DNA of 64,000 nt. Origin: Squalus acanthias. Taxonomy: Eukaryota. The stretch is taken from assembly GCA_030390025.1 (NCBI GenBank), contig CM059432.1, forward strand, positions 56,546,001 through 56,610,000, in the 5' to 3' direction. The number at the start of each line of letters is the position of its first letter. The first letter of the stretch is position 1. This document shows, in pieces, positions 36,625 to 49,164 of this stretch. The notes under the pieces were generated by a model. That model was not told the origin of the DNA and ran no database searches. It saw only the letters and a program-made list of their open reading frames with translations. The translations under genes were made by a program, and so were the position numbers.

Positions 36625-37338
36625 GGCCGTAAGTGCCCCGCAAGTTATGGGTTTCCGCATGCGATGCGCATGCGCGAAAACCTGGAACTTGATCTGTCAA
36701 GTTTCCGCTTGACAGATCATCCGCATCCCCGGGAAATGGACATTCGCTGGCTGAGAGTTGGGCTATTTGCCCAACTACTGCCCAGCGAATGCCCATGAAA
36801 CTCTTATGCCTGGTAAAAGCAGGCATAGGCCTTCTTTTACCAGCATAAGGGTTTAAATAAATATTAAAATAAAATTTTAAAATCATTTTAACATTCAGAA
36901 ACCTGTAAAATAAGTTTAGGTTATTTTTAGCCCCTTGAAAAATGTTTAAATTTATTTTTCAAAAGATTAAATTTTTGTTTTATATATTTAATTAAATTGT
37001 ACTTTAATTAATTTTAAACATGTAATTTTTTTTCCAGTGTTGTGTACATGTATTTTTTGGATGATTCCTATTAAGCTTATGGGGATTCCTTACGTAAATG
37101 GAATCCCCATAAACATAATGGGAATCCCCTTTCTGATTGGTTGGACTGGCCCACGTGATCCCAGGGACGCTTGTGAACCACATGTGCTCCTGGGAGACGT
37201 GGGCCTTTATGCATGCGTACACGTAGAGGCCCAGGAGCGCGAGTCTCCATGGATCCGGGACCATCAGGTAGGTGCATAGTTTTATTGTGGTTCGGAGGCA
37301 TCCTCCCGCAGGAAGCCTCTGACCGCAAATTCAGGCCC
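36625..37338 (-). mobile_element. MITE of the same family as 15923-16757, 3-bp TSD GAT
   Basis: GAT at 36622-36624 and 37339-37341; removal restores the CR1 frame GAA AAT CAT GAT ATG ATT AGG; imperfect TIR. Confidence 0.85.
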
Positions 37339-38040
37339 GATATGATTAGGCAGAGTCAGCATTGTTTTATGAAAGGGAAATCGTGTTTAACAAATTTATT
37401 TGCGCTTTTTGAGGACGCTGTAACTAGTGGGGTGCCGCAAGGATCAGTGCTTGGGCCTGAGCTATTTACAATCTTTATTATTGACTACGATGAAGGGACC
37501 AAGTGCAATGTATCCAAGTTTGCTGACGATACAAAGCTAGGTGGGAAAGTAAGCTGTGAGGAGGACACAAAGAGCCTGCAAAGGGATATAGACAGAGTAA
37601 GTGAGTAGGCAATAAGGTGGCAGATAGAGTATAATGTGAGGTTATTCACTTTGGTAGGAAGAATAGAAAAGCAGAATATTATTTAAATGGTAAGAAACTA
37701 TTAAATGTTGGTGTTCAGAGAGATTTATGTGTCCTTGTATAGGAAACACAGAAAGTTAGCATGCAGGTACAGTGAGCAATTAGGAAGGCAAATGGCATTT
37801 ATTGGCATGTTGGCCTTTATTGCAAGGGGATTGGAGTACAAGAGTAAGGAAGTCTTACGACAATTGTATTGGGCTTTGGTGAGACCACACCTGGAGTACT
37901 GTGCATAGTTTTGGTCTCCTTACCAGAGAAAGGACATACATGGCTTAGAGGCGGTGCAACGAAGGTTCACTAGATTGATCCCTGGGAATGATTGAGTAGA
38001 TTGGGCCTATACTCTCTGGAGTTTAGAAGAATGAGCAGTG

Positions 38041-39930
38041 CGCACAAACTAGCGAAAAATATAAAAACGGATTGTAAAAGCTTCTATAGGTATGTGAAAA
38101 GGAAAAGACTGGCGAAGGTAAATGTAGGTCCTTTACAGTCAGAGACGGGAGAATTTATAATGGGGAATGAGGAAATGGCTGAGAAATTAAATAAATACTT
38201 TGTTTCTGTCTTCACGGAGGAAGACACACAAAACCTCCCAGAAATACGAGAAAACCAAGGGTGTGGCGAGAATGAGGAACCTAAAGAAATTAATATTAGT
38301 AAAAAAAAACAGTACTTGCAAAATTAATGAGACTAAAAGTCGATAAATCCCAAGGACCGGATGACCTACATCCTAGGGTTTTGAAAGAGGTGGCCATTGG
38401 GATAGTGGACGCATTGGTTGTCACCTTCCAAAATTCTATAGATTCTGGAATGGTTCCTGCAGATTGGAGGATAGCAAATGTAACCCTGCTATTTAAGAAA
38501 GGAGTGAGAGAGAAAACGGGGAACTACAGACCTGTTAGCCTCACATCAGTAGTTGGGAAAATGATGGAATCTATTATAAAGGATGCAATAACTGGGCACT
38601 TAGACGCTAATAGTAAGATTGGGCAGAGTCAACATGGATTTATGAAAGGGAAATCCTGTTTGACAAACCTATTGGAGTTCTTTGAGGATGTAACTAGTGA
38701 AGTAGACAAAGGGGAACCGGTAGATGTGGTGTATTTGGATTTTCAGAAGGCCTTCGATAAGGTCCCACACAAGAGGTTGGTGAACAAAATTAGGGCACAT
38801 GGAATTGGGGGTAATATACTAGCATGAATTGAGAATTGGTTAACAGACAGAAAACAAAGAGTAGGGATAAACGGGTCTTTTTCAGGATGGCAGGCTGTGA
38901 CTAGTGGGATACCGCAAGGATCGGTGCTTGGGCCCCAGCTATTCACAATCTATATCAATGATTTGGATGAGGGGACTAAATGTAACATTTCCAAATTTGC
39001 TGATGATACAAAGCTAGGTGGCAGCGTCAGTTGTGAAGAGGATGTGAAGAGGCTTTAGGGGGATCTCGACAGGCTCAGTGAGTGGGCGAGAACATGGCAG
39101 ATGGAATATAATGTGGATAAATGTGAAGTTATCCACTTTGGTACAAAAAACAGAAAAGCAGAGTACAGTATTTCCTAAATGGTGAAAGATTGGGGAATGC
39201 AGATGCTCAAAGGGACCTGGGTGTCCCTGTACATGAGTCACTGAAAGTGAATGTGCAGGTGCAGCAAGCCATTAGGAAGGCAAATGGTATGCTGGCCTTC
39301 ATTACAAGAGGATTTGAGTGCAGGAGTAAAGAAGTCTTACTCCAATTATATAGGGCCTTGGTGAGACCACACCTGGAGTACTGTGTACAATTTTGGTCTC
39401 CTTACCTAAGGAAGGATATACTTGCCATAGAGGGAGTGCAACGAAGGTTCACGAGATTGATTCCTGGGATGGTGGGACTGTCGTATGAGAAGAGATTGAG
39501 TAAACTAGGCCTGTATTCTCTTGAATTCAGAAGAATGAGAGGGGATCTCATTGAAGCATACAAGATTATTACAGGGCTTGATAGGGTGGATGCTGAGAGA
39601 ATGTTTCCCTTGGCTGGGGAGTCTAGAACCAGGGGCCACAGCCTCAGGATAAAGGGTAGGCCATTCAGGACTGAGATGAGAAGAAATTTCTTCACACAGA
39701 GGGTGGTGAATTTTTGGAATTCTCTACCCCAGAGGGCAGTGGAGGCTCAGTCATTGGGTATATTCAAAACAGAAGTCGATAGATTTCTGACGAGTAAGGG
39801 CATCAAGAGGATATGGCGATAGGGCCGGTGAATGGAGTTGAGGCAGAAGATCAGCCATGATCTCATTGAATGGCGGAGCAGGCTCAAAGGGCCGAATGGC
39901 CTACTCCTGCTCCTATTTCTTACGTTCTTA
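38041..39930 (+). mobile_element. 5'-truncated CR1 'E'
   Basis: ORFs 38327..38827 and 39190..39822; stops at 38825 and 39056; near-identical inverted partner at 1-923. Confidence 0.95.
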
Positions 39931-40443
39931 TGATCTCATTGAAACATATAATATTTTGAAGGAGATTGACAGGGTAGATGGTGGGAGGTTGTTTCCCCTG
40001 GAGGAGAGTCTAGAACTAGGGGGCATAATCTCAGGATAAGGGGTCAGCCATTTATAACTGAGATGAGGAGGAATTTCTTTACTCAGAGGGTTGTGAATCT
40101 TTGGAATTCTCTACCCCGAAGGGCTGTGGATGCTCAGTCGTCGAGAATATTCAAAGCTGTGATAGATTTTTTGACTCTAGGGCAATCATGTGATCTGGGG
40201 ATCAGGTGGGAAAGTGGAGTAGAGGTCGAAGATCAGCCATGATCTTGGTGAATGGCGGAGCAGGCTTGAGTGGGTGCATGGCCTACTCCTGATCCTAATT
40301 CTTATGTTCTTATAAAGATGGTGGTTTGAACCACTGGAAAAATAATTCCAACAATGTGGTTGAAATTGCAACCTTTTAAGTGGCTGCTTTTCTATGTGAT
40401 CCCTGGTGAAATCTCCCCTCCTTCCTCCTCGCCCCTCTTTCCT

Positions 40444-40852
40444 ATCTCATTGAAACTTATAAATCTCATTGAAACTTATAAAATTCTAACAGGACTAGAC
40501 AGACTAGATGCAGGAAGGAAGTTCCCGATGGCGGGGGAGTCCAGAACCAGGGGTCACAGTCTCAGGATAAGGAGTAAGCCATTTAGGACTGAGATAAGGA
40601 GGAATTTCTTCACCCAGAGAGTGGTGAACCTGTGGAATTCTCTACCACACAAGGCAGTTGAGGCCAATTCATTAAATATATTCAAGAAGGAGTTAGATAT
40701 ATTTCTTAAGGCTAAAGGGATCAAGGGATATGGGAGAAAGCAGGGACAGGGTACTGAATTTGGATGATCAGCCATGATCTCATTAAATGGCGGAACAGGC
40801 TCGAGGGGCCGAATGGCCTACTCCTGCTCCTATCTTCTATGTTTCTATGTTT
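40444..40852 (+). mobile_element. CR1 3' end (B subfamily) with ~22-bp TSD
   Basis: Near-identical to the reverse complement of 26779-27165; flanks ttcctcctcgcccctc(t/c)ttcct. Confidence 0.92.
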
Positions 40853-41084
40853 CCTCCTCGCCCCTCCTTCCTCCACTTTTCCCCTCCTTCCCCCTCCGCG
40901 CGCTCTCTCTCCCCCTTCTCAAAACCACTCTCGCCCTCCCCAGGGGCAGTGTTTGCTTTGTGGTGGTCCCATGCAAAGGTTTGGCTTGGGATCCATACAT
41001 CGATAAAGTTGAGATTTATCTCACTGGATCTACTTGGGGCCCCACGCAGTTGTACAGGTTGCATGGTCCTAACATAGCCTGTGC

Positions 41085-41195
41085 TCCCCGTCTCCGCCCT
41101 CTCCCCGCCCCGTCTCCGCCCTCTCCCCGCCCTCTCCCCGTCCCGGCCCCGTCTCCGCCCTCTCCCCCTCCCCTCTCCGCTCCTTCCCCGCCCCG
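41085..41195. repeat. C-rich minisatellite (ccccgtctccgccctct-like units)
   Basis: Tandem imperfect units visible directly. Confidence 0.8.
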
Positions 41196-44142
41196 CATGT
41201 CCTCTCTTCTTCCTCGTGTCCTCCATGTCTCCGCATTACACCGGGGGAGGGGCGATGAAATCGAAATGTATGTGCAGCCAATGTTGGAGGAATCACAGAA
41301 ATGATGCTCATTGGGGTGATGGGAATTGAGCCAATGGTGTGCATTGGAGAGGCACAGATGGTGGACATGTTGCACAGTGGAAGAGGAGTCTCAATGGTGG
41401 GAGTGTTGCTTTGTCGGGGGAGGCTGATGGTGGAATTATTGATCATTGGGGGAAGAGTTCCAAAGCTGCAAATACCTGTCTGTTAGTGGAGGGGACAGCT
41501 GTGGAGGAGGTCATGCTTAGCAGGGTGGGTTTCCAAGGGAGGAAGTATTGTTCCTTGGAGTGGAGATGATGGGATAGCTGATCACTGTGTTAGAGGAAGA
41601 GTTTAATAATTGGAATGTTGCTTTGGGGGCTGGATGTAGATGGTAGGAAAGCTGTTTAATGGTTGAGCCATGGTGGGATCACTGATCAGTGTCGGGGGCT
41701 CGGTGGGAGAGATCAATGTAGGCAGTTAATGAGGTGTGTATAGTTGTAGCAGTAGTATATCTTTCTTGCACTTTTATTAACTTTTTCAACAATACCTACA
41801 AATCAGGATTGTGGGATAGGGACAACATGCTATAACAGCTGACTATTGTATGATATTGAGAACGAGAGCACAGGTGTCTGATGACTACTTAAACCAACAG
41901 GTTTAATTTTTTAAAAATCTAAAAGGAATAGATTAAGATATTTAATATTTCTTCGTACAAAAAACTTGGATTTTAAACTAGTTTTAAGTTCACCTTGAGG
42001 AAGCCGAGATAAAATAGATGATGGTCGAACTGGCACAGGCAGCTCAGAAAGCTGCTTCTTGGACACCCATGATTTGGTGTGTCACATTTACAAAGCGGCT
42101 TTCCATTATAATTGTGGACCTAGGACTTTATAATGGAGAAAGTTGACGCAAAAACGTGACAACAGGAAGTCAAGTGGTGCAGACAAGGAGTATTGGAATG
42201 AAGGGAGTTCATGCAGGTCACGAAGTGTATAGATTATAAAATGGCTTCACAGCAAATATTAAAGATTAGAAATTGTATTATTCTACAGCCCAAGACTATT
42301 GACTGGCTCTGCAGGCTAATTATTTCACACTTGCTCTGACAGGTTCATATGGTGACACGGCAAGCTATTCCTCTTCTTTATGTGTGATTGAGTATTGATC
42401 AGTTTGTTTTGATAACAGCTTTTGATTTCATACATTATCACAATTGATTGGCAACACTTATTTATAGTCCAAAGCAGTATACACTCTCAGATTCTGCCAT
42501 TCACACTCTATCTTCAATTTGAAAGCTGCTCTGCATATTTTGAGATTTGAAAATCTATTGTATGTTTTAGAACAGTCAGGAATGGGGGCTGAGATGGTCT
42601 ATTAATGAATCTGTCAATGGTAGTAGCACAAAACCGGCTCATAGTGAATTGGCAGGTTATTTTACACTGCGTCCGATTTTCAAAAACCAGTATAAATCGT
42701 GTTTCTGATTCGCTATGACAGCAAAGGAGGAAGCCAATCGGCTCTCTGTGCTTGTGCTGGTGCTGACGCTCTCTCCTCTAACCCCATTTCCCCCCCAGAT
42801 GCTTTTCAAATATTTATCCTATTTGACTTCAATAGTCACTTGTGATGAAAGCATCCCATGCTCTAATAACACTTAATTCAAGTACCTTCTTTCTCCCTAC
42901 CCTTTGGTTCTTCCAGTGAGAAACCTTGGTCTTCCTCCCCTTGTTCCCAATTCGCCCACCAGTGGAAGTGATCTTTCACTGTTTACCCACAGTAATGTCT
43001 CCAGATTACACCCACCCGTTTACTGGTTGCTCATCTCTCGGCACCGCTCCCACACTCACCACGTTGCTTCTGCTGCTCCCGGCTCTGCAGAAAATGCAGA
43101 AGCTTCTCTGACAGGAGCCGGTGATGTCATGCGACTGAGGCGGCAAACAAAAAGCACGATTCTTCCAGGTCGCAAGCAGCAGTGCACGGCTGATTCATGT
43201 CCCAATCTGGGAGATACCCTAGCAATTCAGGAGGGTTGACGAACCGAATTTCACCCCCACTAATCTTCTACTAACTAAGCTTAATTAACACACCCAGCCA
43301 ATCATATACACTTTCACCAGTTGCTGTGGCTTGTTTGGATTTTAGTAACTGACACTCAGATTCAAAAATAACTGGTGCTTTCATCCGGTTTAGAATAGTT
43401 ATAGAAAAGGACAAGGTATAATCAAGTGTAAAAATATTTAATTGGAGGAGGGCGAACTTCAGTGAGTTGAAAAGGGATCTGGCCCAGGTGGATTGGAATC
43501 AAAAATTGGTAGGCAAAACAATAATTGAACAATGGGAGGCCTTCAAAGAGGAGATGCTTCGGGTACAGACAGAGTAGACACATTCCTATGAGGGGGGAGA
43601 AAGGAAGGGCATCTAAAGCTAATGCTCCCTGGATGACTAAAGATATAGGGCTCGATTTTACCAGGCCTGAGGAGGCGGGATTGGAGGCGTGTGAGTTGTT
43701 AAAATCGCAAAAAATGGCGGGCGGCTCCGATCCCACCTCCGAGCAATTTTCCCAGAATCGGGGTTTCAGACCCCGTTTCCATCCCTTAAGGCCCTTAACA
43801 ACCAGTTAATTGCCTCTATAATCCCATTTTGAGAGGCCTTTCTGATTTTAACACATTTCCCCCGTCCTGCACGTCTCCTCTGGAACACGCCAGTTAATCC
43901 TGGCGGCCTCACAAGTGGATTGCTTACTAACAACTGCAGCTCCACCATTAAGAAGGAGTTTTCACCAATGATCATTTGCAGGCGGCAGAACTTTGTTGTC
44001 TCAGGTCTCAGGTCAGAACTTTTAGCAGGCATACTCATTGTTGTGGAACTTTGGAGCCTGACACCCATCTCCAGTGTGACCTCCTGGGAAACCCCTCCCC
44101 ACCTTGACTGACGCTTCCTCAACTGAGGCATATACCAGAAGC

Positions 44143-44357
44143 ATGGGAAACATTTATTTCCTTTCCTCCTGGACATTAGATTCGGACGAAGACCAGCCGC
44201 GGCAGCAGCAGAACCATGACCAACAACAGCAGCAACAACAGGAGCGCCAAGCTGCTGCTCACCCACCTGAAGCTGCACAGGCCAGAAGGTGCCAGCGCGC
44301 GACCACATTGCTGCCCGGGATGCAAGGGACACACTCATGTTGGCCAGATTTGCTTAG
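44143..44357 (+). pseudogene. Harbinger transposase remnant (Q-rich N-terminus fused to C-terminal tail; DDE core deleted)
   Basis: MGNIY...QQQQ...ARR then, in another frame, AARDARDTLMLARFA*; position and orientation opposite the Myb gene; assignment inferred. Confidence 0.55.
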
Positions 44358-44618
44358 CCTGAACAATCAAACACTTTTGCCTCGCACCTTCTTACCAGAG
44401 CATCGACAATGGACAAGAACCTGCGGATTCCTATCACTCTGACCACTATACTGACAATTGCAAGTCGCCCTAAGTCCTCAATGTGGAAGTCCCATTTGCG
44501 AGATGACACAGGCCACAACTTCAACAGTTTGCCATCAAATCTGTTTGTCATAACATTACAAGGATGGCTTCTCAAAAAATAATACAACAGAACACCCAAG
44601 TGACTACCCTTGTGACTA

Positions 44619-46554
44619 CTAGTGCTTTATCTTCCTCTTAAGCGTGCTCCTACGTGGTGCTTCCCCTGTGGCTTCAGCAGATGTGGAGGTCCCTTGCTCA
44701 CTTTCTTGCTGCTCCTGTCTCGACACCTTTGGCGAGCGTCCTCTAGGGTTGCGAGCCTGTGAGGGCTCGCCAACAGTCTGCTGCTCCTGCGGCTGTGCAG
44801 GGGCTGAGACGCCCATCTCAGTTGGGTGAGGACTCTGGTGGGGGTCTGACCGAGGGCTTTGCAGTGGCATGGTCATGTGAGCGCTTGGAGAGGAGCCCCC
44901 ACTTCCTTGTTGTTTGCCACCAACATCCCTCTCATGGGTCAGCCCCACTTAAGAGCTAGCAAGTGGCTTGACAGCACCTTGCTGCACTTCAGGGGGGCCA
45001 TGAGGACCCGATTCTGCACTGGAAGTCCTACTCCAGAGGACTTCCATGAAGGTCTGGTTTCTATGCTCAATAGCTGACCATCGCTCCTCAAGAGATGTCA
45101 ATCTAATCTGAACAATGACCATGTTTTCAACACTCTGGCGACTTAGCTCCTCCATGGCCGTAGCCATCCTCTCCCCTACTGTAGTCATCCTTTCCACGGA
45201 GGTTGCCATCCTTTCCGTGGTGATGCGTTCATGCGCTAATGCCTCCACAAAGACTCTGCTCATGTTCGCGATGGACTCCTCCATCCTCTCCACACTCGCA
45301 GCGACCCTGGGAACAAAACCTGCCAGAGACTCCTGCACCTGTTCCTGGAGTTCCAGCACCGCTCTCCTTCTGGATGGACCTGGAAGCACAGGGTCAACAT
45401 GCAGCTGAGCCGAGCTGGCAGAGTTCTGCGCCCTCCGACGAGGACTCTCCACTGCTGTCCCTGTCTCCACCATCTGCTGATGCTCACTTGTGAGCTGTGA
45501 TACACCAGGTGACAATGCTACTCTATCTCGCGAAGGTCCCACCGAGGTGTGAGTGTCTGCGCTGGTGCTGGGTGCGCTGAATTCTGCTGACGCTATGCCC
45601 TCAGAGGTTGCAGCTTCCTCTGAGGAGGCTCAGGCTGTTCCTCCTGGACAGTGGGGACGGGGGCTCTCGATGGTCCTGTGGGGGAGTAAAGGAAAGAGTT
45701 AGAGATGTGAGGTCAAGGTTGCATGCGCATTGAATTGTGCAGATGATCATAAGTCAATCTGTTAGAGCATCAGAATGATTTTCTTTCAGTCACTCATGCA
45801 ATGTCAATGAGCGAGATGCCAAACTATTCTGTCACCAGCTTGCTGTGATGCGCCCGTCTGTCCGTCCCCCACTTGCGAATCGTCCTCCACTCCGGCGATC
45901 TCCAGGGCCGCCTCTTCCGAGGTGGTGAGCTGGGCTACTGAGGGTGGCCTTCCTCCTTTCCTCGCTCTTTCCCTCTTATTGTGGGCTCTCTTTTCCTGCA
46001 ATGAGGGACACAAGTGGAGTTTGAGTGAGAATGAAGGAGTGAGTGTAGAGAACCCATAGCATAGATGCTTAGAAGGAGACAAAGGGCCCTCCCTGTGTGT
46101 TGTAAGTTGTTGTCATTGCATCACAGTGATAGGGAGTGTGAGAGCTGCATGGTCGAATAGTTAAGTGAATGTGACCATAGCGAGAGAGGGAATGGGTAAG
46201 GGTGCAGGGATGTAAGTGTCAAGTGGGATGTGGAGGAAGAGGTTGGCAAAGCAGAGTGCTGGTGAGGAGAGGCGATGGGGATCAGATTGAGGGTGATGGG
46301 AAAGTCATACTCACTTTTCCTGTGCGGAGAAGGTCATGAAACCTCTTCCTGCACTGCAGCCAGGTTGTGCGGCATATAGAGATTGAGTTGACCCCCTAGG
46401 CCACTTGCAGCCACACAGCTTTAGTCTGCTGGGGAGGTTTTTTCCTCCCTGAGGAAGGGAAGAGCACCTCCTTATTTGATCTTGCTCCCTCCACCAGAGC
46501 TTGGAGGGAGGCCTCATCGAACCTTGGAGCACACTTTGGCCTACTGGTGGACAT
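44619..46554 (-). pseudogene. Harbinger Myb/SANT-like DNA-binding protein gene, 3 exons (46554-46315, 45995-45836, 45675-44619)
   Basis: APRFDEASLQALVEG...W...WLQCRKRFHDL; GT-AG introns in matching phases (0, 1); coiled coil; basic C-terminus; 2 in-frame stops and 1 frameshift. Confidence 0.88.
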
Positions 46555-48289
46555 AGTTGCTGAATGAAGCGATCACAACAATGGGCATAAAGTTTAAAGT
46601 CTCCAGAAGAAGCAAGGCTGCTTGCAGGCCTTAAATCCAGCAGCATTGATGATGTCATCAGAGGCGACTTTCTGTATGAAAAGACTCATTGGGCCAGGGG
46701 TTTCCACACGCTGGAAATCAAGTGCCCAATTAGGGCAAAATCGCACTTTTTTCCCACTTCATATCGGAGTCGGGGTCCTGACACGAAAACCACCTGACAC
46801 GCCCCAGCCCGCCCCCAATGGCGAAATCGAGCCCATAGAAATTAAAATGAGCCTGAAAAAGGGGGCTTGTGACAATTGTAAGGTTCATAATACAGTAGAG
46901 AACCAAGCTGAATATAGAAAGTACAGAGGAAATCTAAAAAAGGGATTAAGAGGGGCAAAGAGAGAGAATGAGAATAGATTAACATAAAAGGGAACCGAAA
47001 TGTCCTTTATAAACACACAAATAGTAAAAGGGTAGTCAAAGGAAGGGTTGGGCCGATTCGTGATCAAAAAGGAGATCATCTTGTGGAGACAGAAGGCAGG
47101 GCTGAGGTATTAAGAGTACTTTGCATCTGTCTTCAATGGCAGCATCCTCTTTTCTAGAGTAGTAGTAGAGGAGGAGGCAGTAGCGATATTGGATAGAATA
47201 AAAATAAATAAAGAGGATGTACTTAAAAGGTTGGTCGTCCTCAAAGTAGAAAAGTCACTCGGCCTGAATGGGATGCATCCTAGGTTACCGAGGGAAGTAT
47301 AGGGTGGAAATTGCGGCGACTCTGGCCACCATCTTCCAATTCTCCTTGGATATGGGGGTGGTGGCAGAGGACTGGAGTATTGCAACTGTTACACCCCTGT
47401 TTAAAAAAGGGGAGGGGGATAAACCCAGCAACTACAGGCCAGTCAGCATAATGTTGGTGGTGGGGAATCTTTTTAGAGACAACAAAAATCCAGGGCAAAA
47501 TTAAGTAGCACTTGGAAAGGTATGGGCTAATAAATGAAAGTCAGCACAGATTTGTTAAAGGCCAGTCGTGTTTGACTAACTTGCTCAAGTTCTTTGATGA
47601 AGTAACGGAGAGGGTGGATGAGGGCATTGCGGTTGATGTTATGTAAATGGATTTTCAAAAGGCGTTTGATAAAGTACTACATGATAGACTTGTTAGCAAA
47701 ATTAAACTCCATGGGATTAAAGTGACATGGATACAAAATTGGCTAAGGGACAGAAAGCTGAGAGGTGTGGTGAATGGTTGTTTTTCAGGCTGGAGATAAG
47801 TGTGCAGTAATGTTCCCCAGGGGTTAGCACAACTGCTCTTTTTGATTTATATTAATGATCTGGACTTGGGTATACAAGACATAATTTCAAAGTCTGCAGA
47901 TGGTACGAAACTCGAAAATGTAGTAAATAATGAGGGGGCTAGTAACAGACATCAGGAGGACATAGACAGACTGGTAAAATGGGTAGATACATACCATATG
48001 AAGTGTGAAGTGATACATTTTGGTAAGAAGAATGAGGAGAGGCAATATGAACTAAATGGTACAATTTTAAAGGGGATGCAGGAACAGAGAGACCTGGGGG
48101 TGTATGGACACAAATCTTTGAAGGTGAGAGGACAAGTTGAGAAGGCTGTTTAAAAAGCATATGCGATCCTTTCTTTATTAATAAAGGAATAGAGTAGAAA
48201 AGCAAGGAATTTATGCAAGACCTTTATAAAATACTGGTTAGGCCTCAGTTAGAATATTGTGTTCAATTCTGGGCCTCCATATTTATGTG

Positions 48290-49164
48290 GGGCAGGGGTC
48301 TTGCTGCTTTGCTCATTGAGCAACGCCGCCCTCTTTGTCTAGGGTATGGGTGTTGCCATCTTAGTGTGGGCGGGAGTTCTGCTTTGTGCAGTGCGTAGGG
48401 GCCATCTTTGTTTCGGGCACTGGTGACTTTTTCCCGCTCGTTGGGTTGGGCCCCTCCCTCTGCTCCAGCTATCCAGCTCACTGCACGGCCTGTGAATTTA
48501 ATTGCGTGGGACCTTACAGAACGGCCGCGCACCCTCGCACCTTACAGGGAACAGTGGTGGGGATCCACTTGTGCGAGCTGCTGTTACGTGAACAATCTGT
48601 CTAAGCAGCCAAACAAAATGCAAAATTGTCACAGACAGCGAACAAGGAAGTGAGTAAGCTCTGAAAATTCTAACTTTTTAAAAATGTTAGAGAGAGCAAA
48701 ACAAAGATTGGGGCTCTCACATGGGGAAAAACTTCAAAAACAAAGTCAAACTTTTTTTTAATGTTTCTTAATTTAAATTTTTATTAAAATGGACAAATTT
48801 TGCACTGCACAAAATTAAAATTAGTTTTTCAGGCCCTTAAACTTTGTTTAGCAGTAATAACACTGTCAAAACCCCAGTTACACCTAATCCCTTTGGGTCT
48901 AACTTTTAGTGGGAAATTTAACAGCGTACTTACTGCGGTAGAGCCAAAGTTTCCATCCGTTTCCCTGATTTGAGTGATTACACAGATTGCCGGCTCTGTC
49001 GAGGCACAGCGCAGCCTGTGTCGTAGCTGTGAAGACAGACCACAACTTCAGGATTTCCGCATATGCGCGTATCCGCTAAATCCTGAAGTTGTGGTCAGTT
49101 TCAAAGGCAGAATGACGCCGAAAGCTGCCAGTTCGCCGTCATCCCGACCATAAATTCCAGGCCA
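48290..49164. mobile_element. MITE-like remnant (right end), related architecture to 15923 and 36625
   Basis: End aaattccaggcca; AT-rich core; perfect 19-bp hairpin at 49038-49096. Confidence 0.6.

Larger units (their letters stand above)
36548..40312 (+). mobile_element. CR1 'D' RT and 3'UTR, split by MITE 36625-37338 and CR1 'E'
   Basis: PVSLMSVV...[11 protein letters not shown]...; LEFRRM|...DLIETYNIL; tail ttcttatgttcttat. Confidence 0.88.
43648..46834. mobile_element. PIF/Harbinger transposon, internal-deletion derivative (3187 bp)
   Basis: 11-bp TIR GGGCTCGATTT/AAATCGAGCCC; TSD ATA (43645-47, 46835-37); convergent transposase remnant and Myb-like gene. Confidence 0.93.
43375..48285 (+). 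mobile_element. Decayed CR1 ORF2 split by a Harbinger insertion
   Basis: NWRRANF...APWMTKDI|EIKM...NYRPVS...[13 protein letters not shown]. Confidence 0.9.

Noticed and set aside
44104..44442. Poly-Q protein gene
   Set aside because: Lies inside the TIR-bounded Harbinger; best explained as a transposase remnant.
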